Shown: positions 50,468-63,253, counted from the stretch's first letter. The stretch: 64,000 nucleotides of DNA from Neovahlkampfia damariscottae (GCA_016618085.1 JABLTG010000030.1:1-64000), one strand, 5' to 3'. The notes: a model not told the origin generated them from the sequence alone. A program made the numbers and translations.

Positions 50468-51316
50468 CACACATTGAATCAATATGTTCACATCAAGAAG
50501 AAGAAGAAAATGAAAAGAAAAAACAAAGTAATTATTTTTTTTTTATTAATAAATTTCAGAACAAGAATTTAATTCAATGAAATCATCTTTTAAATATTAA
50601 TGTTGTTTTTTAATAAATTTCAAAAAAAATGAATGAAGTAAAACCCTTAACCAGGTATATACCCTAGAGTTTGTTCAAGTATGATGCATTTGAAGAAAGT
50701 GGCAAATTCTTTAATGATTTTTTACAAAATTCATTTTTTTTTTCTTGATCCCTTGTTTTTTTTTTTTTATGTTTAAACTTCAATTTCGTTTTTGATGTTT
50801 AGAAGGTTTGGCCCAAAATGGAAAGCCAAAAATGATATGAAAAAAGAGCAAAGGGTTAAATAAATGAAAATATGAGTTAATATTATCTGGATAATATAAA
50901 AGAATCATTGATTGACACCTTATGGAAACACACTTTTGTTGTTTATGTTCCATAAAAATTCTATATATAAAGTTTTTTTCTTTTCAAAGAAAAAATCGAA
51001 TTTACCAGAAATGAGGAAGATGACTAACTTGGTTACACCGAGGGGAAAATAAGAAGATCATAGAAAGTGTTGGTTTTTTGTTGAAGATTGAAGATTAGCA
51101 ATAATGTTGAGAAATTTTCATGTTTTCTTTCAATTTTAAATTAGTAGCCTCATAATATTTGAATTCGAGTACCCAGTACTATTTAAAATTGTATTTTCTT
51201 TCTTAAATTTTCTTGCAAATTTCTTCAGTTTTTTTGTCCAATAAATTCTTTTTCTTTCTCCAATCAGATCCATTTCAACTCCATAAATAGAACTTTCTTT
51301 GGAATCAACTTCAACC

Positions 51317-52225
51317 ATGTTCAACAATAACAATAGCAACGACAATAGTCAAAACTTCAGTTATCCATCAGTATCATCACCAAAAAATCCTAATCCTCAA
51401 GACCCTTTTGCACAACAACAACCAAATTCTGGATTTAATTTCCAACCACCTCAACAACAACAACAACCTCAACAACTTTATCAACAATACATCCCACAAA
51501 ATCAATGTTCACCACAAATGATGCAACAATTATTACAACAACAATTATTACAACAACAATATGAACAACAAATGCGTCAAAGTTATAATAATTCAGGATA
51601 TGGTAATAGTATGTTTCAATCATTTGGACCTATGGATCAAAGTCAATCATTTATGCAAAAACCAAGTCTTCTTCAATCATTTCAAACACAATCATTTATG
51701 CAAAACGTAGTTCCTAAAACTATTCATATCAAATGTAAATTTAATGGTGAATGTAGAAGATTTAAAGTTGATGCATCCATCAAATTAGAAGACCTCTTGG
51801 AAGAAGTTAAAAAATTTTTTAATGTTTCATTCAAGTTCAAAGAAATAACTATGAAATATTTAGATCAAGATAAAGATTCAGTTGAGATTAATAATGAAAA
51901 GGATTATATTGAAGCTCGTGAAATTGCTTATACTGACCGTGAATATTTATTTAGAATTTCTATTGACTTTAAGGATGAAAATATTTTAAAAGAATTTGGA
52001 AAAATAAAAATTGAAGAACAAAAACAATATCAACCACAACCTCAACAAAAACCACAACCTCAACAACAAAAACCTGTTGAGATTCAACAAACAAGAGATT
52101 GGACAACAGAATTACAATTTTTACAAGAAATGGGTTTTGCAAATAAACAAAAAAATATTCAACTTTTAGAACAACATAAAGGTGATATTACATCAGTTGT
52201 TCAAATTCTTGTCAGCAACAATTAA
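51317..52225 (+). CDS. Q/P-rich PB1 plus UBA protein (p62/NBR1-like architecture)
   Basis: PB1: IKCKFNGECRRF...MKYLDQDKDSVEI. UBA: LQFLQEMGFANKQKNIQLL...GDITSVV. Confidence 0.8.
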   Translation: MFNNNNSNDNSQNFSYPSVSSPKNPNPQDPFAQQQPNSGFNFQPPQQQQQPQQLYQQYIPQNQCSPQMMQQLLQQQLLQQQYEQQMRQSYNNSGYGNSMFQSFGPMDQSQSFMQKPSLLQSFQTQSFMQNVVPKTIHIKCKFNGECRRFKVDASIKLEDLLEEVKKFFNVSFKFKEITMKYLDQDKDSVEINNEKDYIEAREIAYTDREYLFRISIDFKDENILKEFGKIKIEEQKQYQPQPQQKPQPQQQKPVEIQQTRDWTTELQFLQEMGFANKQKNIQLLEQHKGDITSVVQILVSNN

Positions 52226-52421
52226 AAATAAAATTTATATTAATAATTGTTTTTTTTTTTGAATCCATTAAAAAGACATTTTTTTAAAAACCAACCTAAC
52301 CCCTAAATTTTAATTTTTTTTTTAATTTAAAATTCCGATAATTTTTTTAAATTCCGAAATTGTTCAAATTTGAAGTGTTTTCCGATTGGGTCGGAATTCA
52401 AAAAAGTAAAACTCGACCATC

Positions 52422-54066
52422 ATGCCCATTCAAATGAAGTAAACAAAATTTAAAAATTTTAAAAGAAAAAATAAACAGCGAAGAAGCACAAAAATATAAA
52501 GACTTAGGAAATCAAAGTTTTAAAAAAAAAAATTACGAAGAAGCAATTCAATTTTATAAACAAGCAATAGGTATCCAAAGGAAAAAAAAATTAATATTTA
52601 AAAAAGATATTTGCCCAGATGAAACATCACTCTATACAAATTCAGCAGCTTGTTTGTTACAGTTATCAAAATATGAAGATGCCATTTATATGTCTGAAAA
52701 AGCTATAAAAGTTGATCCAAAATTTATAAAGGTAAACAAAAGGAATTAAAGTTTTATGAAGGGATATTTTCGTTTAGGTCAAAGTTATCTTGCTTTAGGA
52801 AAATTATATGAAGCCAAAAGAGAATATGAAAAAGGATTAAAAATGTCACCAAAAGAACCAACTCTTCTTTCAGAAATTCAAAAAATTGAAAAGATTGAAA
52901 AACATATTCAAAACGTAAAACATTACAAAGAAAAAGAACTTTTTGATAATGCACTTGCTGAAATTGAATACGCATTGCTTTTATCACCACAATCAATTCC
53001 ATTTCAATTAGAAAAATCAGAAATTTTAATTGACTTAAAAAAGTATTCTGAAGCATCAAAAGTATCAGGAAATATTTTAAAAAGTGTTCAACCAAATAAC
53101 TCCGATGCAATGTTTATAAGAGGAAAAGCATTATTTTATCAAGGAATGTCAAAAGAAAGTTCACATTTATTATTAACAGCACTTCAATATGATCCTGATA
53201 ATATTAAATGTTTGAAGTTTAGAAAAAAAATTCAAGAAATTGAAAAATTAAAAAAAGAAGGAAATGATTTATTTCAAAATAATTCTTTAAAAGAAGCATA
53301 TGATAAATATACAGATGCAATTAAAATTGATCCAAATGCTTCAAGTTTAAATTCACAAATTTATTGTAATAGATCAGCAGTTGCAATGAAAATGAATGAT
53401 TATAAATTAGCTGCAAAAGATGCTTCAACTGCAATTGATTTAAATCCAGAATATGTAAAAGCTTATATTAGAAGAGCAGCTGCTTATGAAAAATTAGAAA
53501 ATTATCAAGAAGCTGTTTATGATTTAAATAAAGCAAAAGAACTTGATCCTGAAAATAGAAACGTTAACTCAAATTTAAAAGATTTACAAAAAAAAGCAAA
53601 ATCAGCAAAAAGAAAAGACTACTATAAAATTTTAGGAATTTCAAAAGATGCTTCAGAAGAAGAGATTTCAAAGGCTTATAAAAAAGGTTGTGCGATGAAT
53701 CATCCAGATAGATTTGTTGACGAAGATGAAAAAAAAGAAGCAACTTTAAGATTTCAAGATATTGGTGAAGCAAATGAAGTTTTATCAGATCCAAAAAAAA
53801 GAAGACAATATGATTCAGGTGCAGATCTTAATGATATCAATTCAGGAGGTGGTGGTAACCCATTTGGTGGTATGGATGGTGTTGATATTAGTGATATATT
53901 TAGCATGTTTGGTGGTGGAATGGGTGGAGGAATGGGTGGTGGTAATCCATTTGGAGGTGGTATGGGTGGTGGAATGGGTGGTGGATTTCATTCATTTTCA
54001 TTTGGAGGAGATGGAGGAGGATTTCAAAGAAGTTCTTCTTCAAGAAGAGGCAGAAAAAGATATTAA
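52422..54066 (+). CDS. DNAJC7: TPR plus J-domain co-chaperone, DNAJC7-like
   Basis: Multiple TPRs (KKEGN, YCNRSA, KAYIRRA), RKDYYKILG, HPD and a G/F-rich tail; three 5' introns. Confidence 0.9.
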
Positions 54067-55612
54067 AAATCATTTGTTAATTTATATTTTTCTGCATATA
54101 TTGATATCTCTTTTGAATTTAATTCTTGATAACCAACAATTAGTGGATCAGCAATCAAAAATATTTTTGAATTTCCATCAATGATGGCACGAATATACTT
54201 GAAATTTAGAAGAAAAAAAGAATTACCATTTGATGTTCAACTATATTTACATCTTTTCTACTGCACAAGTTTCCATGTCTCATTATCAATTCATACCAAC
54301 CCCTCTTTAAGAATTTTAGAATTGAAAATTAGTTACATCATTGAAAAACATTTCTTTCATTCTGTAAGTGTGATAATAATTATCCATAATTTTTATGATA
54401 TCCTTTGTTTCGAGACCTTCCATATACATTGATAAACTTGGGACTTTCAAATCATCTTCATGAGATTCAGAATTTGGAGTTGCTTGTTTAATTAAAATAT
54501 CAAAAAGAGAAACTACACCACTTATTTTGTAATGAGATTTCACTGAACTTTTAAAATTAAAATTAAATTTAAATTCAAACTTTTTTGCTGGAGCTCCAAT
54601 AGATTCTGAATTCAATGCAAAAAAATATTCCTGAATTGTGACAGACCAATTAAAAACAATTTCTCTGATATCTTTTGGATTCACTGAATCATTTGATTTT
54701 AATAATTTTTCCATAAAATCTTTAGTTTGGTCAACTGATTCTTTTGATTTTTCAATTATTTTTTTTATATAAATCTGTTTGAAATCATTTTTTATTTTCA
54801 TCATTCGTTTTTCAATTTTTTTAATCAAATCATCAGATATTAAAAATAATGATGTTATACATGGATTATATGATAATAATTCATTAATAAATGATGTAGC
54901 GACACAAGAATTTAAATATTCTTGTTCAATTTTACCGCATGAATTTATCATCCATTCAAATAAATCACTTCTATTAATTAATAAATCAAAATTTAAATCA
55001 GATTTAATTTTTAAATAACTTCATTAAATTAGATGAATTTAGAAAATATTACTGGTTTCTTTTACAATCAAAAATCAAAGATAAAATTAATAATTTTTGA
55101 GAAATATTCATTTTTTTATATTTCTCAGATAGCAATATTTCCCAATACCATTCATCTGTCCCAATTTTTAATTTGTTCAAAATTTCCAGTAATCTTTTGA
55201 ATTGTGTAGTCGAAAAGGATAACATTTTACTTTTCTTGTCTTCTCTTCTTATTCTTTGAAACCTAAGACCAGATAAAATAATAATCTCTTGAAACACTAA
55301 TTTTAAATTCTCTTCTTCAAAACCGGTTTTATTAAACTCTTCGAACAAATCACCAAATTCAGGTTCGTCGTCATAAATAAAAAAATAACAAGTTATACCA
55401 ACATCTAATTCTTCAACTTGCTCTAATAATTTTGCAAAGTAATCTATCGAAAATAACTTCTCGTAATAGGATAAGTTTTTTATAAAGTCTCTTCTCAAAT
55501 CAGCTCTTTGAAACATTTCCAAATCATCTGTGACTGTTTTTGATTCAACACGAGAAAATATATCAAAAGGGTCATCAAAATCATCTGTTTTTGAACTCAG
55601 TTTATTGAACAT
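54063..55612 (-). CDS. Hypothetical protein
   Basis: ORFs 55049-55612 and 54316-54951 plus two small 3' exons can be joined by short GT-AG introns; no recognised domain. Confidence 0.6.
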
Positions 55613-55678
55613 AGCTTCAGTGTCAAGTGGAAAAATAAAGTGATAAAAAAGTATTTGATTGGTTGATTAAAAATTGTT

Positions 55679-56192
55679 TTATTTTTGATTTTTTTCAATT
55701 TCAGTTATTAAATCAACTCTTTTTTTATGTCTATCATTAACTAAACCTTCAAATTCAACGGTCAAAAAATTATCAATCATTTCTTTTGCCACGTCGATTC
55801 CAGTGTTTCTACCACCAAAGCATAAAACATTTGCATTGTTATGCTTACGGCACATCTTTGAACTGTAGTTATCATGACAAAGAGCGGCTCTAAAAAATTA
55901 ATTTCTTTTTTTTTTTGAACCTGATTCCGTTATATTTATTTGCTGCAATACTAATTCCAATTCCACTTCCACAAATTAAAATACCAGCATCAAATTCACC
56001 ATTTTGTATTTTTTTACACGCTTCTGAAGCAATATCAGGATAATCACATGGTTTTAATTCTTTTATACCAATATCTTCAACAGTAATTGATTTTGAATAG
56101 TTTTTCAAGTATTCTAAGATATTAGCCTTCATATCAAATGCTCCATGATCAGAACCAACGACAATTTTTTTAAAGACTGTTTTTGTGGTCAT
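55679..56192 (-). CDS. rpiB: Ribose-5-phosphate isomerase B
   Basis: GSDHGA, DYPD, ICGSGIGISIAANK, RKHNNANVLC, FEG...RHKKRV; one intron. Confidence 0.9.
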
Positions 56193-56292
56193 GTTGTAAA
56201 ATTTTAAAATGATTGGATGAGAAAATAACAAATAAAAAACATTCTCAAAAACGAAATTGAAAATGATAAAATGATTCAAAATAAATAATATT

Positions 56293-57077
56293 TTAATTTT
56301 TAAATCGTTCAAAATGATTTAAATCGATTAAAAATGTAGCTGAAAAAATCAATGATTTAACACTAACTGGAATCTCCTCAGAAAATGATATTTTGAAATT
56401 ATCATTCTCCTCATAACATTCTTGAAATATACCAGAAAATTCTCTATGGATTTTTCCAACTTCAATTTTTTCAGAAAGAACTCTAAAAGTAAAAGGAGTC
56501 AAACTATGAATTAAAAAATTAGTCAAAATATAAAAGTTACATATTTCCATAAATTTGATAAATCTCTTTTCCTAATGCATTAAATATTGAATATTCTCTT
56601 GTGAATAAACTAAATTTTGTGTGTATCTTGCCAACATATTTTTTTAAATTTCCTTCAACGTGAAACACGAATAATTCCGGATTCCAGAAATTATAAGGTT
56701 TTTCTAATGATAAAATACGATGACCATCATAATTTACATTTAATTTTAATGCCCTTTCTGCTCCACAACAGACACGGCTGATATATTTTGAGTATTCTTC
56801 AATGTGAAGGATATTTCCGTCATTCATAGTACATTCATAAAAATTTGGACGTTCATTACCCATTAAAACATCCATCAAGTCAATGTGTTGTTTCACTTCA
56901 CAACCGTTATTGTTTTCGAATAGATCATACAGAGAAGAGGAACTGTTTAAAAGTTAAAAAAATTGATTCCACGTACACATGTACACCTTGTTGCTCAACA
57001 AGAGGAATTTCCATCTCTTCATTTTCGTAGTCAAACTCTTGAGTCTCTTCCGAAGTCAATTCTCTTTTGATTGTCAT
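56293..57077 (-). CDS. Phospholipid scramblase family protein
   Basis: GNERPNFY, EEYSKYISRVCCG, NDNFKISF, KSLIFSATFLID motifs. Start codon uncertain. Confidence 0.75.
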
Positions 57078-57209
57078 TGATTGGTCAACTATTCTCTTTG
57101 AATAGATTTTTGTAATAAATTTTTGAAATTATTGTTAATTTTCTAACAAAAATAAAAATAAAAACCTAAAGATGGGAAAAAGTATTTGAACCAATCAAAA
57201 AACAACTCA

Positions 57210-58320
57210 ATGTCTGGTATATTGTTTACTGTCTTGATTTATTTGTTTGTGATTTTATTGTCAATCTCAGGTGTTTATTTCTTATATAGACAATTTTTAC
57301 AAAAAAGATTTTCTCACAAAGGAAAAACTGTATTCTTATCAGGAGCATCAGAGTAAAATAAAAAAATATGTAAATATTTTTAAAGAGGAATTGGAAAAGT
57401 ACTTGCAAATATTTTAATAAAAGAAGGAGTTAAAACATTAATATTATGTTCTAGAAGTTTAGAAAAATTAAAAATTGTTAAAAGTGAAATTGAAAAATTC
57501 AAAAAAGAAAATCAAACTATTTTATTAGTTCCATGTGATGTTTCAAATAAGAATTTAGTATCTTCATCAATTGATGAACTTTTTAAAAAAAATATTGAAA
57601 TTGATTTTTTGTACCTCTTGCATGGAGTTTCAATTCCAAAATACTTTTTGGAACAACCTGAAGAAGAATTTGAAAAACAAATCAATGTGAATTATATGGG
57701 TTGTGTTTATTTAATCAAGAAAATCTTACCACAAATGATAAAAAGAGAAATTCCATGTCATATTATTTTAACTGGATCAGCAGTATCTTTTTGCACATTC
57801 ATTGGTTATTCATCATATTCACCATCAAAATACGCTGTAAGAGCGTTGGCAGAATCATTACACAATGAATTTCATGGACATCCAATTAATATTCATTTAA
57901 TCTGTCCTGCAGGTATATCAATAAAATATGTTAATTTTTCCAAGATACAAAAACACCTGGATATGAAATTGAAAATGCTACAAAACCAATTGAATGTGTT
58001 AAAATGTCTGAAACCAATGCTGTTTATGAACCTGAAGATGTTGTTAACGCCATTATTGATGGTGTACAAAGAGGTGAATTCTAGTTCGATCAATATTCTT
58101 TTTAACATCATTTACAAGTATTGCTAACGATTTATTGACTAAATTATTAATATCTCAATCAAGAGGTCTTGGACCTAGAAAAGATCCAATTTTTGATTTT
58201 TTCAAAGCTCCAATTTTATCAATTGTTTCATCATTCATTTATTTTGATTGGAGATCAACTTCAACAAAATATTCAAAAGAAAGAAAAGAAAGATTTAAAA
58301 AATGGATAAATAATGAATAA
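57210..58320 (+). CDS. 3-ketodihydrosphingosine reductase-like SDR (KDSR/TSC10-like)
   Basis: N-terminal TM, SGASEGIG, GYSSYSPSKYAVRALAESL, DTKTPGYEIEN. Confidence 0.75.
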
Positions 58321-58331
58321 AGTTACAAAAT

Positions 58332-59271
58332 TTAATTTTCCGAATTCACACTCCCATAAATTTTTCCTTCTTGTTCTTTTTTGCAAAATAAAATTTTTAC
58401 AATTAAAGTTTTCCATGAAGTTAAATTTTTCATTGTTAATCCAAATGATAAAAATACATAGAATCCTTGTCCACAAATTCCAAACATTCTTAATAATTCA
58501 GTTTCGAATAATCTCTCAGGGAAAAATAAATTAATAAATCTTGATGTAAAGGATAGAAAAAATATCATCCCAAAAAAAAATATAAAAGCAATATGTCTCC
58601 ATAAAAATGAAGATTCTAAGAATGAAATATTACGATTTACGATCATCTTTTCATTGGTCAATTCAATATTAAAAATACCTTGCATGTTTTATAAATGACT
58701 GCAGACCATAAAATGAATGAAATGACAGCACAAATACCCATTAATAAATAAAAAGTGAAAAATTCAACTAATTGATATTTTGATTTTACCCAACATCTTA
58801 TACCATCTGAATCATCAACAGTTTGAGCAATCAAAGGTATTATTGTTAAAATAGCAGGAACAGACCATCCAAATAAATGAAAAAAGTATTCATACTTTTG
58901 TGAGTATTTTGTATCTCCTTTCATTATTGTTAAAAATAAATTGATGGCTAAAATTAAATACCAACAAAGAAAAGCACATGCAAAAAATTGTGTACCCAAT
59001 GCTAAACCACAAAATTAGAATTTTAATTTTTTTTTTTTCAACCTTGAAAATAACAAAACTTTGTATTTTCATGCCATCTTATATTTATGGCACTCAAAAA
59101 CATGAAAAAAGTCACAAAAAATGAGTTAACTGAAAAAATTAATGATAGACGAAAAGGAAAGTCTCTTTTGAATAAAATATAAGTAAGAGCTGTCCAGAAT
59201 ATAAAACATAATGATATACTTGTTACAATTTGAAATATTAAATAAAGAGCTTCAAATTCACTTGGCAGCAT
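58332..59271 (-). CDS. Multi-pass GPCR-like receptor (cAMP-receptor/Frizzled-like TM bundle)
   Basis: FCYFQ, WYLILAINL, FHLFGWSVP, RCWV and QGFYVF motifs; two introns. Confidence 0.7.
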
Positions 59272-59325
59272 CAAAACAAACTAAAAACCAAATAAATTGA
59301 ACAAAATTTGATTGGACAAAAATTT

Positions 59326-60290
59326 TTATTTTTTCACTTGTTGAATTTTTGCAGCAGCAAATTTATCTAAAAGTGGTTGTGCAAATGGTTTCAATAAGTA
59401 TCCCAATTTCCCCACAAATGTCATAATCTCCAAGAATTTACCGTCTTCAATGGTTTCTATGATGATCTTTGAACATTCTTGAGATGTCATGAATTTACTT
59501 TCTTCTCTTTTCACATCTTTTGTTGATCCAATTGCCTTGTGATGAATTTCTGTCAAAACAAAACCAGGACAAACAATTGAGATTTTTACTTGATTCTCTA
59601 ATTCAATTTTTAAAGAATGAAAGAATCCATGAAGAGCATGTTTACTAGCAGAATATCCAGTTCTTGTTGGTACACCTGAATTTTTAATTTTAATTTCAAA
59701 ATAAACCTGTCATTCCAACTAAAGAGGAAATTACACAAATTGAACCAGATGATTGTTTTAAAGAATCCAATGCATAAAAAGTACAATGAATAGCACCCCA
59801 GTAATTTACTATTTATCTTAATTTTTTTTTTTTTACCATCCATCAATTTCTTTTGTTCATCTAAATTTTCCAATTCATCAAATCTCACAAGTGATGAAAT
59901 ACCAGCGTTCAGTATTAAAATATCAATACCACCATATTTTTTAATAGTATCTTCAATGAAGTGTTTACAGTCTTCTTCTTTTGAAACATCAGTTTCGAAA
60001 ATCAAAACTTCTTCTGCACCTTTTTCAAGGCAGATTTTTGCTATTTCTTCTAAAGTTGTTTTTCTTCTTGCTGCTAAAGATATTTTGGCTCCCATAGATG
60101 CATATTGATATGCCAATCTAAAAAAAAAAGTTTGTCTTTTTTTTTTTTACTCTTTTCCTATTCCTGAAGATGCTCCTGTTATTAAAACTCTTTTTTTTTT
60201 GTATGCATTTTTTGATCTATTTCTTTTTTTTGGTATTTGGTTGTATATCAAAAACAAAATTATTGAAGTGATTAACAAGTAAAAGAGCAT
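59326..60290 (-). CDS. Short-chain dehydrogenase/reductase (11beta-HSD/DHRS7-like)
   Basis: N-terminal anchor, LITGASSGIG, LNAG, GYSASKHAL and CPGFV motifs. Confidence 0.85.
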
Positions 60291-60324
60291 TTGAGAAATT
60301 TGATTTGTTAAAAAATCTAATTGG

Positions 60325-60771
60325 ATGACTACAAAAGTTGGTGTTGGTGTGTTTGTCACAAAAAATGATAAATTTTTAATTGGAAAAAGACTTGGATCTC
60401 ATGGTGCAGGTAGCTACGCATTACCAGGAGGACATTTAGTATTTTAAAAAAACAAATTAAAAAAAAAAAAGGAATTTCAAGAAACATTTGAAGAATGTGC
60501 AACAAGGGAAGTAAAAGAAGAAACAAACCTTGATATCCAAAACATCAAACAATGTGGTGTAACCAATGATATTTTCAAAATCGAAAAAAAACATTACATT
60601 ACCATATTTGTAATTTGTGAATTGAAAGATGAAACTCAAACCCCAGTTGTATTGGAAAAAGAGAAATGTGAGTCTTGGAATTGGGTTTCATGGGATGAGT
60701 TGATAAAATTGAAACCAATGTTTATACCCTTAGAAAATTTCACCAAACAAAATAAAAAACCAAGTATTTAA
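60325..60771 (+). CDS. Nudix hydrolase, NUDT15-like (absent from the ORF track)
   Basis: VGVGVF...GKRLGSHGAG...LPGGHL|EFQETFEECATREVKEET, KHYITIF, EKEKCESWNW. Confidence 0.9.
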
Positions 60772-61117
60772 TCTTTATCTTTTTCATGATTCATATAAAT
60801 AAACACGCCCTTTTCAAGTTTTAATTTTTTTTTTTTTTTCAAACCCAGATGACGCTCCAAATCCATCCAATGACAAGAAATGTAAGAATAAATTGTAATA
60901 GACCAAGAAAGAAACACCATTTTGCGTTTGTTAAATTTGATGTCTTGAAAATTAGTGGTTGTCAGATATGAAAAATAATTACAAGTTTAGCTGGATTGAG
61001 AGTTGGTTTTAAACAAGCAATTGCTCCAGCCATCATGGTACCAGTACCTGGTAGGATTATATTCAATACTAAACAAATTATAGAAAAAGTTTTTCCAATT
61101 GACGGTACCAAAAACAT
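60768..61117 (-). CDS. SPEC3/Stum-like small membrane protein (absent from the ORF track)
   Basis: ICLVLNIILPGTGTM and LLQFILTFLVIGWIWSVIW|G; two introns. Confidence 0.75.
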
Positions 61118-61206
61118 TGTGATTGATTGGTCAAATGAGAATTAACCAATGATACTTATTCAGTTTTTACAACGGACAAAATTATTTGAAAGGTTGAAAT
61201 ATTTTA

Positions 61207-62508
61207 TTACCATTTATCAATGTACTCTTTTGTCAATTTCATATAAAATTGAGGGTCATGAGGAAGAAAATTTTCGTAGGTATATCCTTCAATTTTCTTT
61301 GGAATTGAAGCTTCAATTTGAGTTCCCTCATGCCATTCATTATAACTTGTAATTGTAATGATTTTTGATCTGACATCAATCGCTTTATCAAACATTTCTT
61401 TGTAGTAATATCCATCTTTACGACTTTTTTTATTTGCCGAATTCCATGGTCTAATTCTAGTATCATCATAACCAGGACCAACACTTGGAATGAATATTTT
61501 ATAATTTTTAACTGCCCACTTTTGAATATTGTCCCAATTTGAAGGTGTTGATCCAACAGTGAATCCATCAGATGCAAAATAAGTATAAATACCATCAAAA
61601 TTTGATGTCAAAACAAATTTTTCTGATTGATGATTCAAATATAAACTAATAACTTCTGCATCATATTTTGTATCTCTAATTGAATTTTTACCTTTTGGTG
61701 ATAAAATATCAGACCATTGATTCTCATTGATCAAATAAGAATCATAGATATAAAATAATGGTTTTCCATAAAATCTATAAAATGCAGGAGAATTACCATA
61801 TTTATCAATGATATATTGCATATCTTTCTTTGTTGAAAGTGCACTTCTTCCTTTGTAAGGCTCCAAATGAAATACAATTTTCATGTTTGTGAATTCAGCA
61901 CATTTTAAGAGTTTGGGAATCAATGAATCGCCATTTGATCCATTTTCATCTGATTGTGTAGTTCCCCACCATGATACAATTGCAGTTCCAATACCATTTG
62001 AATACATATCAATGAAATGATCAGTGATTGTTTCTTCAGAACTCGAAGCATACAATCCCCTTTTTGGAAAGTAATTAGCTCCTATACTATCTTTAGAAGC
62101 ATCATATTCCTTCCCAACATTTGGATATTTTTTATTAACTTCATCTGTCCAATGAGCTAATACTTGATGATTCCAATGTTTGAATCTTTTATTTTCTTTT
62201 GGATTCTCATACCAAATGTAATAGAAAACTTGCGCTTCTGGTTTAGGTGTTGGAAATTTAGATATTATATCATTCAATTTTTTAACTTTTTCGTCTTCAT
62301 CTTTTTTTATTTCTTGTGGTGTTTTGTTGTTATTCTCAATTTCTTCCGCATTTTTTTTTATTTTATTATTTTCAATGATACTCTCCATTGTTTTTGTATT
62401 TGTTTTTCTTTCTGAATTTTGATGTTTCAGTTGTAAAAATAAAGTAAATAAAAATGTGGAGGTCAGTAAAAACAGAAACAGAAAAAAAGTTGTTCTTCGA
62501 CAAGACAT
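61207..62508 (-). CDS. MANEA: Glycoside hydrolase family 99 endo-alpha-mannosidase
   Basis: Type II anchor; FYYIWY, HWNH, FHLEPY, PLFYIYDSY, SVGPGY, ITSYNEWHEGTQIE. Confidence 0.92.
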   Translation of the reverse strand: MSCRRTTFFLFLFLLTSTFLFTLFLQLKHQNSERKTNTKTMESIIENNKIKKNAEEIENNNKTPQEIKKDEDEKVKKLNDIISKFPTPKPEAQVFYYIWYENPKENKRFKHWNHQVLAHWTDEVNKKYPNVGKEYDASKDSIGANYFPKRGLYASSSEETITDHFIDMYSNGIGTAIVSWWGTTQSDENGSNGDSLIPKLLKCAEFTNMKIVFHLEPYKGRSALSTKKDMQYIIDKYGNSPAFYRFYGKPLFYIYDSYLINENQWSDILSPKGKNSIRDTKYDAEVISLYLNHQSEKFVLTSNFDGIYTYFASDGFTVGSTPSNWDNIQKWAVKNYKIFIPSVGPGYDDTRIRPWNSANKKSRKDGYYYKEMFDKAIDVRSKIITITSYNEWHEGTQIEASIPKKIEGYTYENFLPHDPQFYMKLTKEYIDKW

Positions 62509-62618
62509 TCCAATTGGTCAAATATTATTCCAATTCTTTTGAAACATTAAATAAAATATTCATTCACATAAATCATGAAAAACAAAGTAGGAGATTCCAA
62601 CCAATCATTTTTCTTTTT

Positions 62619-63253
62619 ATGGATTTAACAAAAGGTGTGCTCAAAGCATCACGAAAGTGTTGTTCTCCTTTGAGCTTAACCATTAATTTAATAATAGTTT
62701 GAATCTAAAAAATTAATCTTTTCTGTAACAGTGTTGTATATTGACACCAATTTTATTTTTTGGATTTATTTCACTACTTCTTTGGAATCCAATATTTTTT
62801 TTTGGAGGAGCTTTTACACCAACAACTTGTACAATTATAAGTCGATATCCTTCAGGTCATTACAATGTTACCTTTATTGCTTCGAATTCTGTGTATTCAG
62901 GTGTAAACAAAGATGTAGAGTTCAAACCAATTTATTTGAACGGGCAACATGTGCCATGTTTTTATGGAAATGATCCACAAGGTATAGATAAACATAATGT
63001 TTATTTACAACAATATGCTAACTCAATATTTCAGAATGTTTACTGGATAGGTATTCTTTTGGCTGCTCTGGTTCCTGGAAGTCTTGGTTCTGTATGTTTA
63101 TTAATTGTAATATTTTGGATGTTTTATTTATATATCGTTGGAGGGTTCAGTTTCTTTATGTGTTGTCTAGATCCAATCGAGAGTTTTGAAAAATTAAAAA
63201 ACAACAAAAAATACAAAGAAATGGAGGACAATAAAGATGAAATTTATTTTTAA
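62619..63253 (+). CDS. Hypothetical two-TM protein with a Cys-containing loop
   Basis: CCAAT at 62601, ATG 62619, one intron at about 62697-62730, two hydrophobic segments. Confidence 0.55.
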
